The notes under the pieces: generated by a model | What the model saw: the letters and a program-made list of their open reading frames with translations, nothing else | Told to the model about the DNA's origin: nothing | Databases searched by the model: none | Origin: the human T2T-CHM13v2.0 reference genome, Homo sapiens | Strand: one strand, 5' to 3' | Assembly (NCBI RefSeq): GCF_009914755.1 | Contig: NC_060925.1 | DNA length: 64,000 nt | Shown: in pieces, positions 15,501-26,937 of the stretch | Layout of the letters: the number at the start of each line of letters is the position of its first letter | Position numbering within the stretch: the first letter of the stretch is position 1 | Program-made: the position numbers and the translations under genes

Positions 15501-17446
15501 CACAGAAGACTAAGGGGTTTTGGACTGTTGCAGCTGGAAGGCAGTTTGAAATACTGAATAGGTCTCATCGAGAATGTGAGGTTTCAGTAAAGACTTGAGG
15601 AAGTTGAATGAGCTCATCAATGGATATATGGAGGGCTATCTTTCCAAGCTAAGAAATTAACTAGAGTCTTGGTCATAAGGCAGCAGCATGTTGGCATGTC
15701 CAGAGGACAGTGAGGTGGCCAGGACAACTGGTAAGTTCAAGGGTGAAGACAGAAAAGAATTTTGGCGGTTAACATGCGGCAGATCATGATGGGCTTGCAG
15801 ACCATTGTAAGAATTGTGTCTTTTAGTGTAAATGAAATGGGGAGACAAATCATTATCCCATTATCAATATTTTAATAAATTGGATCCATGAACCAAATCC
15901 AATGAGATTAAATCAATTAGTAATTATATGCAGATTTGTATTACAATTACCAGAATTCTTTGCACATTTGAGAACAGGAGAGTCATGATTGTTTATCAGC
16001 AATAATAAACTATTAATTTTAATTGTCATCAGCTAATTGAGATTGAAATACATCATGCTTTATAATGTGACTGTCAAAAGGAAAATATGATTGTAATCTT
16101 ATACTACATCTATTAATGTCTTTGATTCATAGGACTATAGATTAAGCCCCTACTTTTCAAAGCCAACTGATGAGGCAGCGACATCTTATGCAAGTTTGCT
16201 GCTTTCTGCCACAGTGGTCCTTGGTCAGCGGGCACAAATTGTTTTACAACACCACCAGGTCTAAAAAAAGTTTGGATCACAATGAACACAGAATCACCTT
16301 CATCCCTTCAGAAATACCTATCAATTAGTTCCAATACAGAATGAAAAATTGACAACGGAAGTATGTTGATTGTAAAAATGCCAGATAGCTTGCATCTACA
16401 TGAAAGAAAAATGCCATTTTTATTACAATAGATCATCGTTTCACATGAGTTTTGGTGTAGCACAATGTTGAACCAAGGGCAAAGAGAGATGAATTAATGA
16501 AGTCTTAAGATATCAAGAATTTGAAAGAAAAGGCAGGTCAACTTTGAAGGTTAGTGACATAGCATTCATCTTCTGTTGTCACCTTTTCCGTCATTTCCTG
16601 TATGCCTGATGGACAGCTTTCACTCAAGTTCAGAGAACAGCATGCAAAGATTAGCTACCAACTAATTTTTATGAAGTGAGCTTAATTTCTAGCCAGACTG
16701 AGCTTACATTTTAGCAGGAAGCATCTTTGGGAAATGTTTATGTTAGAGTTGGCCCTTCTTGACAAGGTGAGACATAAATGTCAACTTTATAGACATGAAT
16801 TAAGATGGGAAGATATTTGGGGGAAACATGTTCTCAAATGCTGAATAACAAAGGTACAAAAAGGGGAAATTTTTACTAGATTTCTTTCCCACTTGTTTTC
16901 TAAGTCTCATGCAATTCACCTTGATTCCTTTCAGTTTCTGTTTAACGTAGAAAGTGGCATTTTCATTATTTTAAGCTTCTAGCACAATGAAAGAATTTCT
17001 CTTTTTCATGAACTGCATCATAAATGAATGGAAGGAAGAGTGTCCAATATCATATTTATTGTTCAACAAAACACTGCTCCACTGCTTAAATTCAGTTTAA
17101 AAAAGAGAATTTATTGAACATCTAACACATACATAAAAGGCAGTAAAGACACATGAGAAGAAGGCAGGATATTGAAGTATACAGACTTTAATGCTGAGTT
17201 TTGTATCTTAGTAAGTTACTGCACCTTACAGAGACTCAATTTCCCCTGATTTAGGAAGGCGATGCTAATGGGTATTGCATAGGTGTAAGTATAAAAATAT
17301 TGTATTTAAGAGAATCCCACAAGCTTGGTATAAGGCAGAAAATAAATAGATGTGACATTAATGAGTAGTTTATTACATTTGTGTGCTACCTGCAGACTAG
17401 AGGAAGCAAGAAACACAGCCACTATGCTTGATTAGCATTATATTCT

Positions 17447-17776
17447 AATTTGGAATATAAATAGAAAAGAGAAAAATAGAAAGCTATGCATAAACACATG
17501 CATTAAAATGAATTTTATGTGGACTCTTTCAGGAAAATGTTCCTAAGGTATTTTATTTTTTTATTGTGGTAAAATACACATAAAATGTACTCTGTTAACC
17601 ACTTTAAGTGTACAGTTCTGTGGTACTAAATAGAGTCATAACATTGTGCAGCCATCCCTACCATCCATCTCCATAACTCGTTTCATCTTGTGAAACTGAA
17701 ACTCTATACCCATTAAACAGTACTTCCCCATGTCTTCCTCTCCCCAGCTTCTGGCAATCATCATTGTACTATCTCT
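17447..17776 (+). repeat. ~330-bp direct repeat B, copy 1 (partner 28573-28907)
   Basis: AATTTGGAATATAA...ATCTCT occurs in the same orientation at both ends of the spacer between the A arms; hand count about 25 mismatches plus one 5-bp indel. Confidence 0.95.
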
Positions 17777-18200
17777 GTGATTCTGTCCACTTTAAGTCTC
17801 TTATACAAATGGAATTATACTGTATTTGTCCTTCACTGACTAGCTTATTTCACTTGGCATAATATCCTCAAGTTTCATCCAAGTTGCAACATATGTCAGA
17901 ATATTTCCCTCATGTTTAAGGCTGAATAATTTTCCATTCTATGTATATATCATGTTTCGCTTATCCATTCAGCTGTGGTTGGACACTTCAATTGCTTCTA
18001 CGTTTCAGCTATTGCCAATAATGCTGCTGCAAACATGGATGTGCAAATATTTTTTCAAGACTCTGCTTTCAATTCTTTTGCTATCTTGAGATGTGGGGCT
18101 GCCGAATCATAAGGCAATACCATTTGGATGTTTGGAGGAACTACCATACTCTTTTCCACAGCAAACATAGGGTTTGGCATTCCCTCCAATATTGCAAAAG
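17550..18200 (-). mobile_element. L1MA/L1MB 3'-end fragment
   Basis: TTTTTTTATTGTGGTAAAATACACATAAAAT...CTTATTTCACTTGGCATAAT...AATAATGCTGCTGCAAACATGGATGTGCAAATAT is a classic antisense L1 3' end. Confidence 0.85.
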
Positions 18201-21200
18201 GAATCGCCACATCCTTGCCTGTGGATTTTATTCACAAGTCCTGTGGCTCTCTCTACATCCCGGCCACCATGTGTTATTTCCTGTTTATATATATGACATC
18301 AAAGGTGCAGGAAGTAATGAACTAAATGGGAAGGAAAAACATGTAGAAAAATAGAGGTAAATACTGACTACATAAAACCATCAGAATAAGAATTTTGGAT
18401 GATCTATCTATTATATATCTATTTATCTAACATCTATCTGTTCCTCCATCTGTAATTAAAATAAATTACAGGTAGAGAACAGAGAAAAAAGTAGGAATCC
18501 ATGAATTTAAATTTTAATTCTTCTTAGATTGTCTCACAGCATCATTATATGACAGAAAATGTATAGGTCATTATCTGTTAACTATAAATGTAATATTTTT
18601 TAAGTATTCAAATACATTGAATTGCAGAATGAATAACATATTACAATCCATTCAAGTTTATTTTATTCCAGGACCACAAAAATACAAATTTCATTTGCAA
18701 TTCAAGAAAAACAGAAATCGATACATATGATTGATGTATATACACATTTAATGTATTTTTAAATATACATTTTTAAAAAATAAAATTTTTCTAGGACAAC
18801 TACTTAAAATATCACTGAAAATAGTGTTATTAGATAATACCTTCCTAATAACTCTGGTATTACAAAAGAAAACGAAATTAAAATTTCAGATAAGCTTAGA
18901 AACTAAAAATTTTTAAAAAAATTATTCTGTTCTCCATATGTTCATATTTAATATTATTTCTTGTTTTCATTCTTCTTCAGTGTTGCTCTACTAAAATATA
19001 ACAATAGTTACTTTTGTTTTCTGTTCTTATTACTCAAAATTGTATACATTTTCTCATGCTCTTAATTTAGCTATGCTACTTTTCTTTATTCCTGGAATTT
19101 TCACATTTGTGTTCACTCTCTTTTGAGTTCCCATAGTATCAAATAAGCTTTTTGCCCTCTTTCTGATTTCAAGGTTCATCTTCTCATAATTATTTTGTCC
19201 ACTCAGTTTCTTTTCATTCTCACTTAAGTGCCTCTCATCTGGCTTCTTTTCGTTTGTAAGGTTTCCTTTCATCTTAAGCCAGTCTTTTATTTATATTTTG
19301 ATTCTGTTTTTTGGAGGACATGCTTCCTTGAATTTTAATGAAGAGGCCAAAAGGTTTGTTCAAGTTTTTACCTGATACAGTGGATTAAATTACCTAATGT
19401 ACACACCCTTAATTTAAGTCTAGGGGCGACTGTCTACTCTCGATTTTGTATAGTATTATTTTTCTTAACATCCAAGTCCATCTTCATCTATTTGTATATG
19501 ATCAATAAAAATATATTTGTCCAGAACACTGCTGTGGTGGAGTTACTTCTTTCTAAGTAGGAGAGGTAGCAGTTGAGACATGAGCTGGGTTCTGGGTCAG
19601 TTTAGAGGGCTGGGCGACATTCCTCCTTTTGGTCTGTATGACTGAATGAATGCGGTTCTTGCTGTCTCGCTCCTCTCCTTAACACATTGAGCCATTGCAG
19701 CAGATGAGAAGGAATAATCCTGATCTGCCATTCAGGTGGAACACTTGTTCTCTCCAACCACATCCATAGGTTGTACTCACACTCGGCCAGAATGTATCCT
19801 GTCAATGATATGGAGATGTATCTAGCTATCTAGATAGATATCTACTTTGGTTTATGCTCTCTGGTTGCCCGCAAATTATCTCCTTAAAGTGAATATCAAA
19901 AGAGAGCTTGGTGATGGCAGTGTTATAAAATCCTCAAAATGCAGCACCCACACCCAGAGGAATTTGTAGATTCTGGGATTCTAATTCAGATACCAAACTA
20001 TATAAAAGGGGCATTGGTCATTGAGGGTTGCTAGGCTCTTTGTGGAGCATATTTGCTCTTTTCATGACTTTGAAATTATTTTAAAAATCTAACCTTTTTC
20101 TCGGTGTGCTGCAAGATGATTTGATTTTAATGCACAAGCACTAATTCTCCCCTAAGATTTGTACAATATATTTGCTCTGACAAGCCATAGCCAGAAACTC
20201 ACTTCACAGCAATTTATAGCATTTCCACCACAATTTGAATTATTTTTAACTAGACTCTCTTTACCTTAATAAAAATATGAAGAAGCAATATACTTGTTCT
20301 AGTTAGGTTCAAAAGTTGGCAGTCTCTCTCCTGGAAAGAATAATAAAACTTTTCAGCGGCCTAATAGGCACCTATAGACACACAAACATGCAAGCACTAT
20401 TCATAATATTTAAAGCACATTCTGTTCTATGACTTCATTTGTCTAGCACAAAATAAAACGATCTCAGTATATGTCAAGTACCAATTGTTTCGTATGGCCA
20501 ATTATAGGTATTTTATTTTTTAAAGATTAGAGTGTTCTTGAAGCTCTTTCTATTTCTTTGTCAATGAACTAAACATTGGCAAACATGTAGGGTTTCCCAC
20601 ATAAGAATATTATTAACATCAAAATAGAAAGCTGGTGGTAGAAATAATGATTGGGAACACAGAGTCTCCACTCAGCGTTCTACTTCTGCCATACCATAAC
20701 TTTGTGATCTCACGAAATATCTCTCCATGTTCTCATCCCTATGTATAGTTCTGTCATTTTTCAATAAGAGCTTTTTGCTTAATTATGAAGTACTAGTTAC
20801 TATAACCATTATTTTGAGCTTCATGTAAATCAAGAACACATGGGCTCCACTTGCAAAACATTGAAAATGTAGTTAGCGATTGGGGGCACAAAGCAACATT
20901 TTAAAATGTGTAAAGACAATGAGTAAGCAACAAAGTGTCCAGTTTTTCAGGCGAAAGTTGCATAGGTCAGGAAAAGGCAGGATTAAGTAACAGAGAATTT
21001 GAATGATAACTGGCCAATTGGTGTCGTTTACAATTGCAACTTCATACAAATGAAGTTTGCTTTTTTAAAGAGAAAAGGAATTAGTTAGAATGGGTCAACC
21101 TATTGGGGAAGCAATGTAGTTAGAGACAATGCCCAAAACCATGTGAGCAAATGCTCTGTAGAGCGCACCCTTGCAATGCTGCCATTGTGAGGCCAAGTCT

Positions 21201-22156
21201 CTCCTTGTCTTGGTACTGAGCCCTCCATTCTGCCTCCATCATTGCCACTGTAGCTGCCACAAAATGATCCCTCAACCACCGCTGCCCAGGAACAAAGAAA
21301 GAATTCTGTCCTTCCGCGCTCTCAGATCAATTTCCAACATCAGGTGAGACTTTGATGGGCACTATTCAGTTCCCATATCCCTGAAATAGATGTAGTATAA
21401 ACATAGAAATTGCCTATGTGTTTCCCAATAAGACACATATGGAAGCCTGTTTCCCACAACAGGAAGGGGTTTCCACGATGGGTGCTCAAAGGAACAATAT
21501 TCCCTGTAAACCATACTTTGCCCATATGAAGAAGAGCAATGAGGATTATTTAGTAAATAGACATGCAAACTCATCCAGGGTTGGCTGATGAGAAGCTGGT
21601 TAGCAAGGGGGTCTGCCTTCAGTTAGGACAAGGTCTGTGCTTCCCACGGGTTCTCTCCACAGCAGGAGGGATGCAAACTTCCCTTTCCTCCCCTGCACCT
21701 ACCCTCAAATGGCCCAGAGGTCTTCAGGTGCTAGAATTTCTCAATGAACGCTGCACAAAATAACAGACAGCCTTGACTGTCACTGTCTGTTCTCATGAAG
21801 CTAGTCTCTGCTTACTACATAAAACAGAAGAGTAAGAACAAGGGTGTTAAACACTGCCCCAGCTCAAACAAGTTTCTCTCTGTAGGATGCCAAGAACCTG
21901 GGAACCAGTGCATCTGCTGCTTTCCCTTCTCGGATTCTAGCCCAGAAAAAAGAGGCAAGGAGCATTTCTTCAGAGGCCTTGAGCTTCACTACACAATGCC
22001 CCAGGCTCTACATGCACCCTCTTTATATATTTCTACCTCGAAAAAAAATTTTATATAATATTAATAATATATATTTTTATATAAGGAACACATACGTTTA
22101 TTTTATAGATAGATATAGATATACATAGATAAAGATCTCTAGTCTGCCTTTTTTAA

Positions 22157-22453
22157 GGCCGGGCTGATCGCGGTGCCCCAAAACTATAATCCCAGCACTT
22201 TGGGAGGCCAAGTTGGCCAGATCTCTTGAGTTCAGGAGGCGGAGATCAGCCAGGGCAACATGGTGAAACCCCATCTTTACAAAAATTAGCTACTATGGTG
22301 TCATGCACTTGCAGTCCCTGCTACTCAGGAGACTGAGGTTGGAGAATCGCTTGAGCACAGTATGTGAAGGCTTCCGTGAGCTCTGATCACATGACTGCAC
22401 TCCATCTTGGGTGACAAAGTGAGACCCTCTCTCAAAATAAAATAAAATAAAAA
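22157..22453 (+). mobile_element. Old Alu (AluJ-like)
   Basis: GGCCGGGC start, dimeric body, GTGACAAAGTGAGACCCT end and (AAAAT)n tail. Confidence 0.85.
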
Positions 22454-22520
22454 GGCTACCACCATACTCACAGATAAGTGTGTCAGGTATATTTGCAGCT
22501 ATCCTTCCTATACTCTATTT

Positions 22521-22523
<3 letters not shown>

Positions 22524-22562
<39 letters not shown>
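22524..22562 (+). repeat. Pure poly(A) tract, 39 nt
   Basis: Uninterrupted A run about 70 bp downstream of the Alu tail. Confidence 0.95.
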
Positions 22563-22566
<4 letters not shown>

Positions 22567-23515
22567 AAAGAACTCTTCTCATTCTAGATTTTTGTATTAA
22601 TTAGACATTTGAAGTTTATAGCAGAAGAGCTATAATCATGTTTGGTATGTGTACTCTATAGACCAGATAGTGCAAACATATATCAATGCTTTTTAAAAGT
22701 ATATAAGGTTATTAGAAATATTTTAAAGTACCTATAGGTATATATGTATCTAATTGAACTATCAAATACAAGTAAGATCATTTCCTTAGCGTGTGAAATG
22801 CACTCAATTTATTAAAATATTTTCTAATGTCTATTACAATAATATTTCTTAATTAGCTAACATAAGAGGAGTTTTAAGACATTTATTTATATGTACTTAC
22901 TAGATTCAAACTCGACTCCACTATTTTCAGAAATCATGCTCTGAGACAAGTCTTTTTTTTATCTAACTGTTTCTACCTATATTAAAAGACAGATATATAA
23001 ATTTTGCTAATCATGCTCTTCCAGACCTCTCCATCCTATTTTTCGGTTTGTTCTATCAGTCATTCAGAGACTTACTTATATTCAAATTTCTCTCTAGGTT
23101 TAACATTTGTGTATGTCTTCTGGTGTTTTTGTCTATTTTTGCTGTATATAATTTAAGACATTTATTGACATATACATGCAGAAAAATACCATGATTAAAT
23201 ATGGATAGCTTCATTAATGAAACACATGTATTTGCTGATAACCATGTATGAAAATAGAACATTACTAAAAATAGAGATACTTCTCCTGCCCCTTTCCAAA
23301 CACTAACCCTCATCCTCAATAGTAACAGATTTTTTTTATCATAGAGTAATTTGGTCTATTTTCAAATTTTTATTAAATAAATCAGAGTACCTACTCTAAG
23401 TCTATGTTTCTTTCACTGTTGTTATTTTGCTTATAGTATTTATCTGCTAATGGACATGGTAGATTAAAGAGGGCTGCATACACATTTTTTAATTAATAGA
23501 TTTTTTGAGCACTTT

Positions 23516-23640
23516 GTGGCTCATGCCTCTAATCCCACCACTTTGGGAGGCTGAGGTGCGTGGATCATGAGGTCAGGAGATCGAGACCATCCTGGCCAAC
23601 GTGGTAAAACCCCTTCTCTACTAAAATACAAAAAATTAGC
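23516..23640 (+). mobile_element. Alu left monomer (AluSc/Y-like), truncated at the duplication junction
   Basis: GTGGCTCATGCC...GAGATCGAGACCATCCTGGCC...TACAAAAAATTAGC, with the right monomer missing. Confidence 0.88.
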
Positions 23641-23777
23641 TGATAGATAACATCAAGATAACATGTGGGTTCTCAGCTGCACTGAATCAAGCCTACCTAC
23701 ATCTTTGTCTTCCTCTGCACTTTTCCTTCCACATCAAACTCCAGGAATGCCAAGCTGCGCTGGCCTTCTACCCCATT

Positions 23778-25145
23778 TCCACTATTTTGCCCCCGCCAAC
23801 GCGGCTTTTTGGGGCTCTTTGCCCTCGCCACCGCGGCTTTTTGCCGCCGCAGCTTTTTGCGTCTTTCTCCCCCCGCCGCCGCGGCTTTTTGCGGCTTTTT
23901 TCCCCCTGCTGCCGCAGCTTTTTGCCCCCGCCACCGCGAATTTTTCCGCAGCGGCTTTTTGTCACCGCCACCGCGACTTTTTATGGCTTTTGGCCCCCGG
24001 CGCCGCGGCTTTTTACTGCTTTTCGCCCCCGCCGCCGCAGGTTTTTCCCGCCGCGGCCTCTTGCCCCGCCGCCGCGGCCTCTTGCCCCGCCGCCGCGGCC
24101 TCTTGCCCCGCCGCCGCGGCCTCTTGCCCCGCCGCCGGCCTCTTGCCACGCCGCCGCGGCTTCTTACCCCGCCGCCCCGGCTTTTTGTGGCTTTTTGCCG
24201 CCGCGGCTTTTGGCCCCCGCCACCGCGGCTTTTTACGCCTTTTCGCCCCCGCCGCCGCGGCTTTTTTCCCCCGCCGCCGCAGGTTTTTCCTGCCGTGGCT
24301 TCTTGCCCCTACTGCCCGGGCTTTTTACGGCTTTTTGCCCCCGCCACCGCAGCTTTTTGCCCCCGCCGCCGCGGCTCCTTGCCCCCTACGCGTCTTCCTG
24401 CCCCCGCCGCCGCGGCTTTTTATCACCCCAGCCGCTTTTTGCCCCCGCCGCCACGGGTTTATGCCCCTGCCGCCGAGGGTTTTTGCGTCTTCATGTCCCC
24501 GCCGTCGTGGCTTTTTGCAGCCCCTACTTTTTGCCCCCTCTGCCGCAGCTTTTTGCGGCTTTTTACCCCCTGCGCTGCGGCTTTTTGCGGCGTTTGGCAC
24601 CGGACGCCGCCGCTTTTTGAGGCTTTTTGCCCCCGCCGCCGCGGCTGTTTGCCGCCGCCGCACCGTTTTGCCCCCGCCGCGCCTTTTTGGCCACGCCGCA
24701 TCTTTTTGCCGCCGAGGCTTCTTACCCCACCACCGCGGCTTTTTGCCCCTGCCGTCGCAGCTTTCTGCCCCCGACGCTGCGGCTTTTTATGGCTTTTTGT
24801 CCCCGTCACCGCAGCTTTTTCCCTCGCCGCCGCGACTTTTTGCCCCCGCCACCGCAGCTTTTTGTCGCCGCGGTTGTTTGCCTCGGCCGCCATGGCTTGT
24901 TGCCCCCGCCGCCGTGCCTTGTTGCCCCCGTCGCCCCGGCTTTTTCCCCCACCGCCCAGGCTTTTTGACCCCACCGTTGCGGCATTTTGCACCCGCCGCC
25001 GTGGCTTTTTGCCCCCCGCGGATTTTTCCCCGTGCCGCGGCTTTTTGCTCCTGCCCCCACAGGTTTTTACCGCTGCGGCTTTTTCTCCCCGCCGTTGCGG
25101 GTTTTTCCCCCCACGACCGCGGCTTTTTGCCCCCACCGCCGCGGG
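23778..25145 (+). repeat. GC-rich pericentromeric minisatellite (GCGGCTTTTTGCCCCCGCCGCC)n, 'CAAAAAG'-type, about 1.4 kb
   Basis: Tandem 12-13 bp and 21-23 bp units, each with a T5 core and CCGCGG; very CpG-dense. Confidence 0.93.
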
Positions 25146-25296
25146 TCTGAGGGCGGGATCGGCAAACTCGGCTGCCAGATCTAACAGCGTCCTGGCTAAG
25201 GCAGCGCCGAGGGTCACTCCTGGTCCAGCTCTCCTGGCTCGGGGGTTCCTTGCCTAGACACCCACGCCCCGTGCTCTGTTCCTGGGCCGCTGCAGC

Positions 25297-25527
25297 CTGT
25301 ATAGAGCGGCGCTGCGCTCGGCCCCGATGGGAGAGAAGAAGGAGAGCAGTGGCGGGGGTGACGCGGCTATCGCGGAGGGAGGCGCAAGGGTCGCAGCCAG
25401 TTGGGTGCTGCAGCAGTGCGGGCAGCTCCAGAAGCTCATCGGCATCTCCGTTGGCAGGCTGCGCGTGCTGTGCACCAAGTGCGCTGTGCCCAAGGACCTC
25501 ACCCAGCAGGAGATACGGACCGTGCAG
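25297..25527 (+). pseudogene. KSR1: Unprocessed KSR1 exon-1 duplicate (KSR1P-type), copy 1
   Basis: Translation (L)[76 protein letters not shown] aligns without gaps to the recalled KSR1 N-terminus ([24 protein letters not shown]...[11 protein letters not shown]). Ends at a phase-0 donor CAG|GTAAGG (25528). No downstream KSR1 exon recognised. Confidence 0.93.
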
Positions 25528-25804
25528 GTAAGGGGATCTGGGACCAGGGCTGGGCTCCAGCACTGGACTGGACATCTCCCTCGGGGCCCCAGTTCACTCC
25601 TGGCCGAGTTCCATCCTTGAGCCCGCGTCGCCACCTTGGAGGCTTCTCCTCCCTCCTGCACTCGCTGAAACGGCAGCCGGAGGACCCGGGATCAGCCCTC
25701 ACCTTGGGCAGGATTTGTGGGGCGGGTGCGTGTTGGGAACTTTGATGGAGGCTCAAGGGGCCCGTGGGTGGGGTGGGCTGTGCGTGGACATCCCCTTACG
25801 CCCC

Positions 25805-25965
25805 GAATTTCCATGTGGTGCAGCCTTCTCATCTTGTAGGTGAGGAAACCGAAGGCCTGAGGGAGAAATGACTTGCCAGGAGCCCCTGTTAAGGAAAACT
25901 AACAAAGTGTGGTTATCAAAGGAGAACTGAGTTCGGATTCAGACCTGGAGTCCCACACCCTTGGT
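25805..25965 (-). mobile_element. MIR fragment(s) in the KSR1 intron-1 copy
   Basis: CATCTTGTAGGTGAGGAAACCGAAGGCCTGAGGGAGAAATGACTTGCC MIR core; paralog at about 49160-49310. Confidence 0.6.
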
Positions 25966-26351
25966 TAAGACATTATACCACCTTGAGTCTGGCCTGTTGA
26001 CTGAGGGTGAGCCACTCCATCCTCGTCTGATTGTGGGGTCTTGACCTCAAGGGGTTTCCTGCAGGAAGAAGCAAATGGGTTTGCTTTCCTAGCTCTGTCC
26101 AGTACCTTAGGGACCTTGAGAAATGGAGAGATTCTTGGAGAGCCATCTGGTGTATGTCATGGGTGGGCCTTGTTTGAAGGTCAGTCTGCCCAGTGGGCTG
26201 GCTCAGCCCGAATGAACTGTCTTGAATCTTTGGAGATGTCTGTGTACTATTAAGGGTTTCTCATCCTTGCACAAAAAGATCCCCGGGAAATTAGGTGGGA
26301 AAACCTTAACTTTTGTGGAGCCTTGTATTTGTCTTAAAAGTTCATGCACAT

Positions 26352-26626
26352 AGCCAGGTGTGGTGGCTCACGCCTGTTATCCTGTCCTGGATCCCTTGAG
26401 TCAAGGAGTTTGAGACCAACCTGGACAATATACTGAGACCCCATCTCTACAAAAAATAAAATATTAGCCAGGAGTGGTTGTGCACATCTGTAGTCCTAGC
26501 TACTACTGTGGCTGAGGCGGGAGGAACACTTGAGCCTGCACTGAGCTGTGATCTCACCAGTGTACTCCAGCCTGGGCCACAGAGCAACACCTTGACTCAA
26601 AAAAAAAAAAAAAAAAAAAAAAAAAA
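26352..26626 (+). mobile_element. Old Alu (AluJ-like, internal deletion)
   Basis: Dimeric Alu with A-tail; the same element is in the paralog at 48503-48769 (-). Confidence 0.88.
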
Positions 26627-26744
26627 CCAAGAAAAATCCTTGAAGATTTTGCATTCTGTCCCACTATCCATTGGTTTTCATGTCAAGATAATGTCAGAAA
26701 TTCTTTACAATTGCTTCCAGAAGGAGTAACCTTTTGATCTAGTG

Positions 26745-26937
26745 CACAGCTGTCCAGTCTTTTGGCTTCTCAGGGCCACATTGGAAGAAGAATGCTCCTG
26801 GGCCACAGATAAAAGACACTACTGCTAATGATAGATGATGAGCTTAAAAAAAAAAAAGGTTTGTGCATAATTTTCATGATACCCACCACGACAGATAGGA
26901 GGAAAACTCCTTGTAGTCAAAGGGTTGGACACGGCTG
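26745..26937 (+). mobile_element. MER30 (hAT-Charlie) with perfect 8-bp TSD
   Basis: TGTCCAGTCTTTTGGCTTC...GGGCCACATTGGAAGAAGAA...GGTTGGACA; TSD ATCTAGTG at 26737-26744 and 26938-26945. Confidence 0.88.

Noticed and set aside
23778-25145. CRISPR-like array or rho-independent terminators (GC stem plus T run)
   Set aside because: Primate genomic context and no unique spacers; it is a tandem minisatellite.
23663-25257. Long Pro/Arg/Ala-rich ORFs (495, 482 and 277 aa, plus antisense ORFs)
   Set aside because: Open in nearly all frames because the GC satellite rarely contains stop codons; no domain structure.
25297-25527. Functional KSR1 gene or processed pseudogene
   Set aside because: Only exon 1 is recognisable, with many substitutions and followed by intronic sequence, so it is neither the real gene nor a retrocopy.
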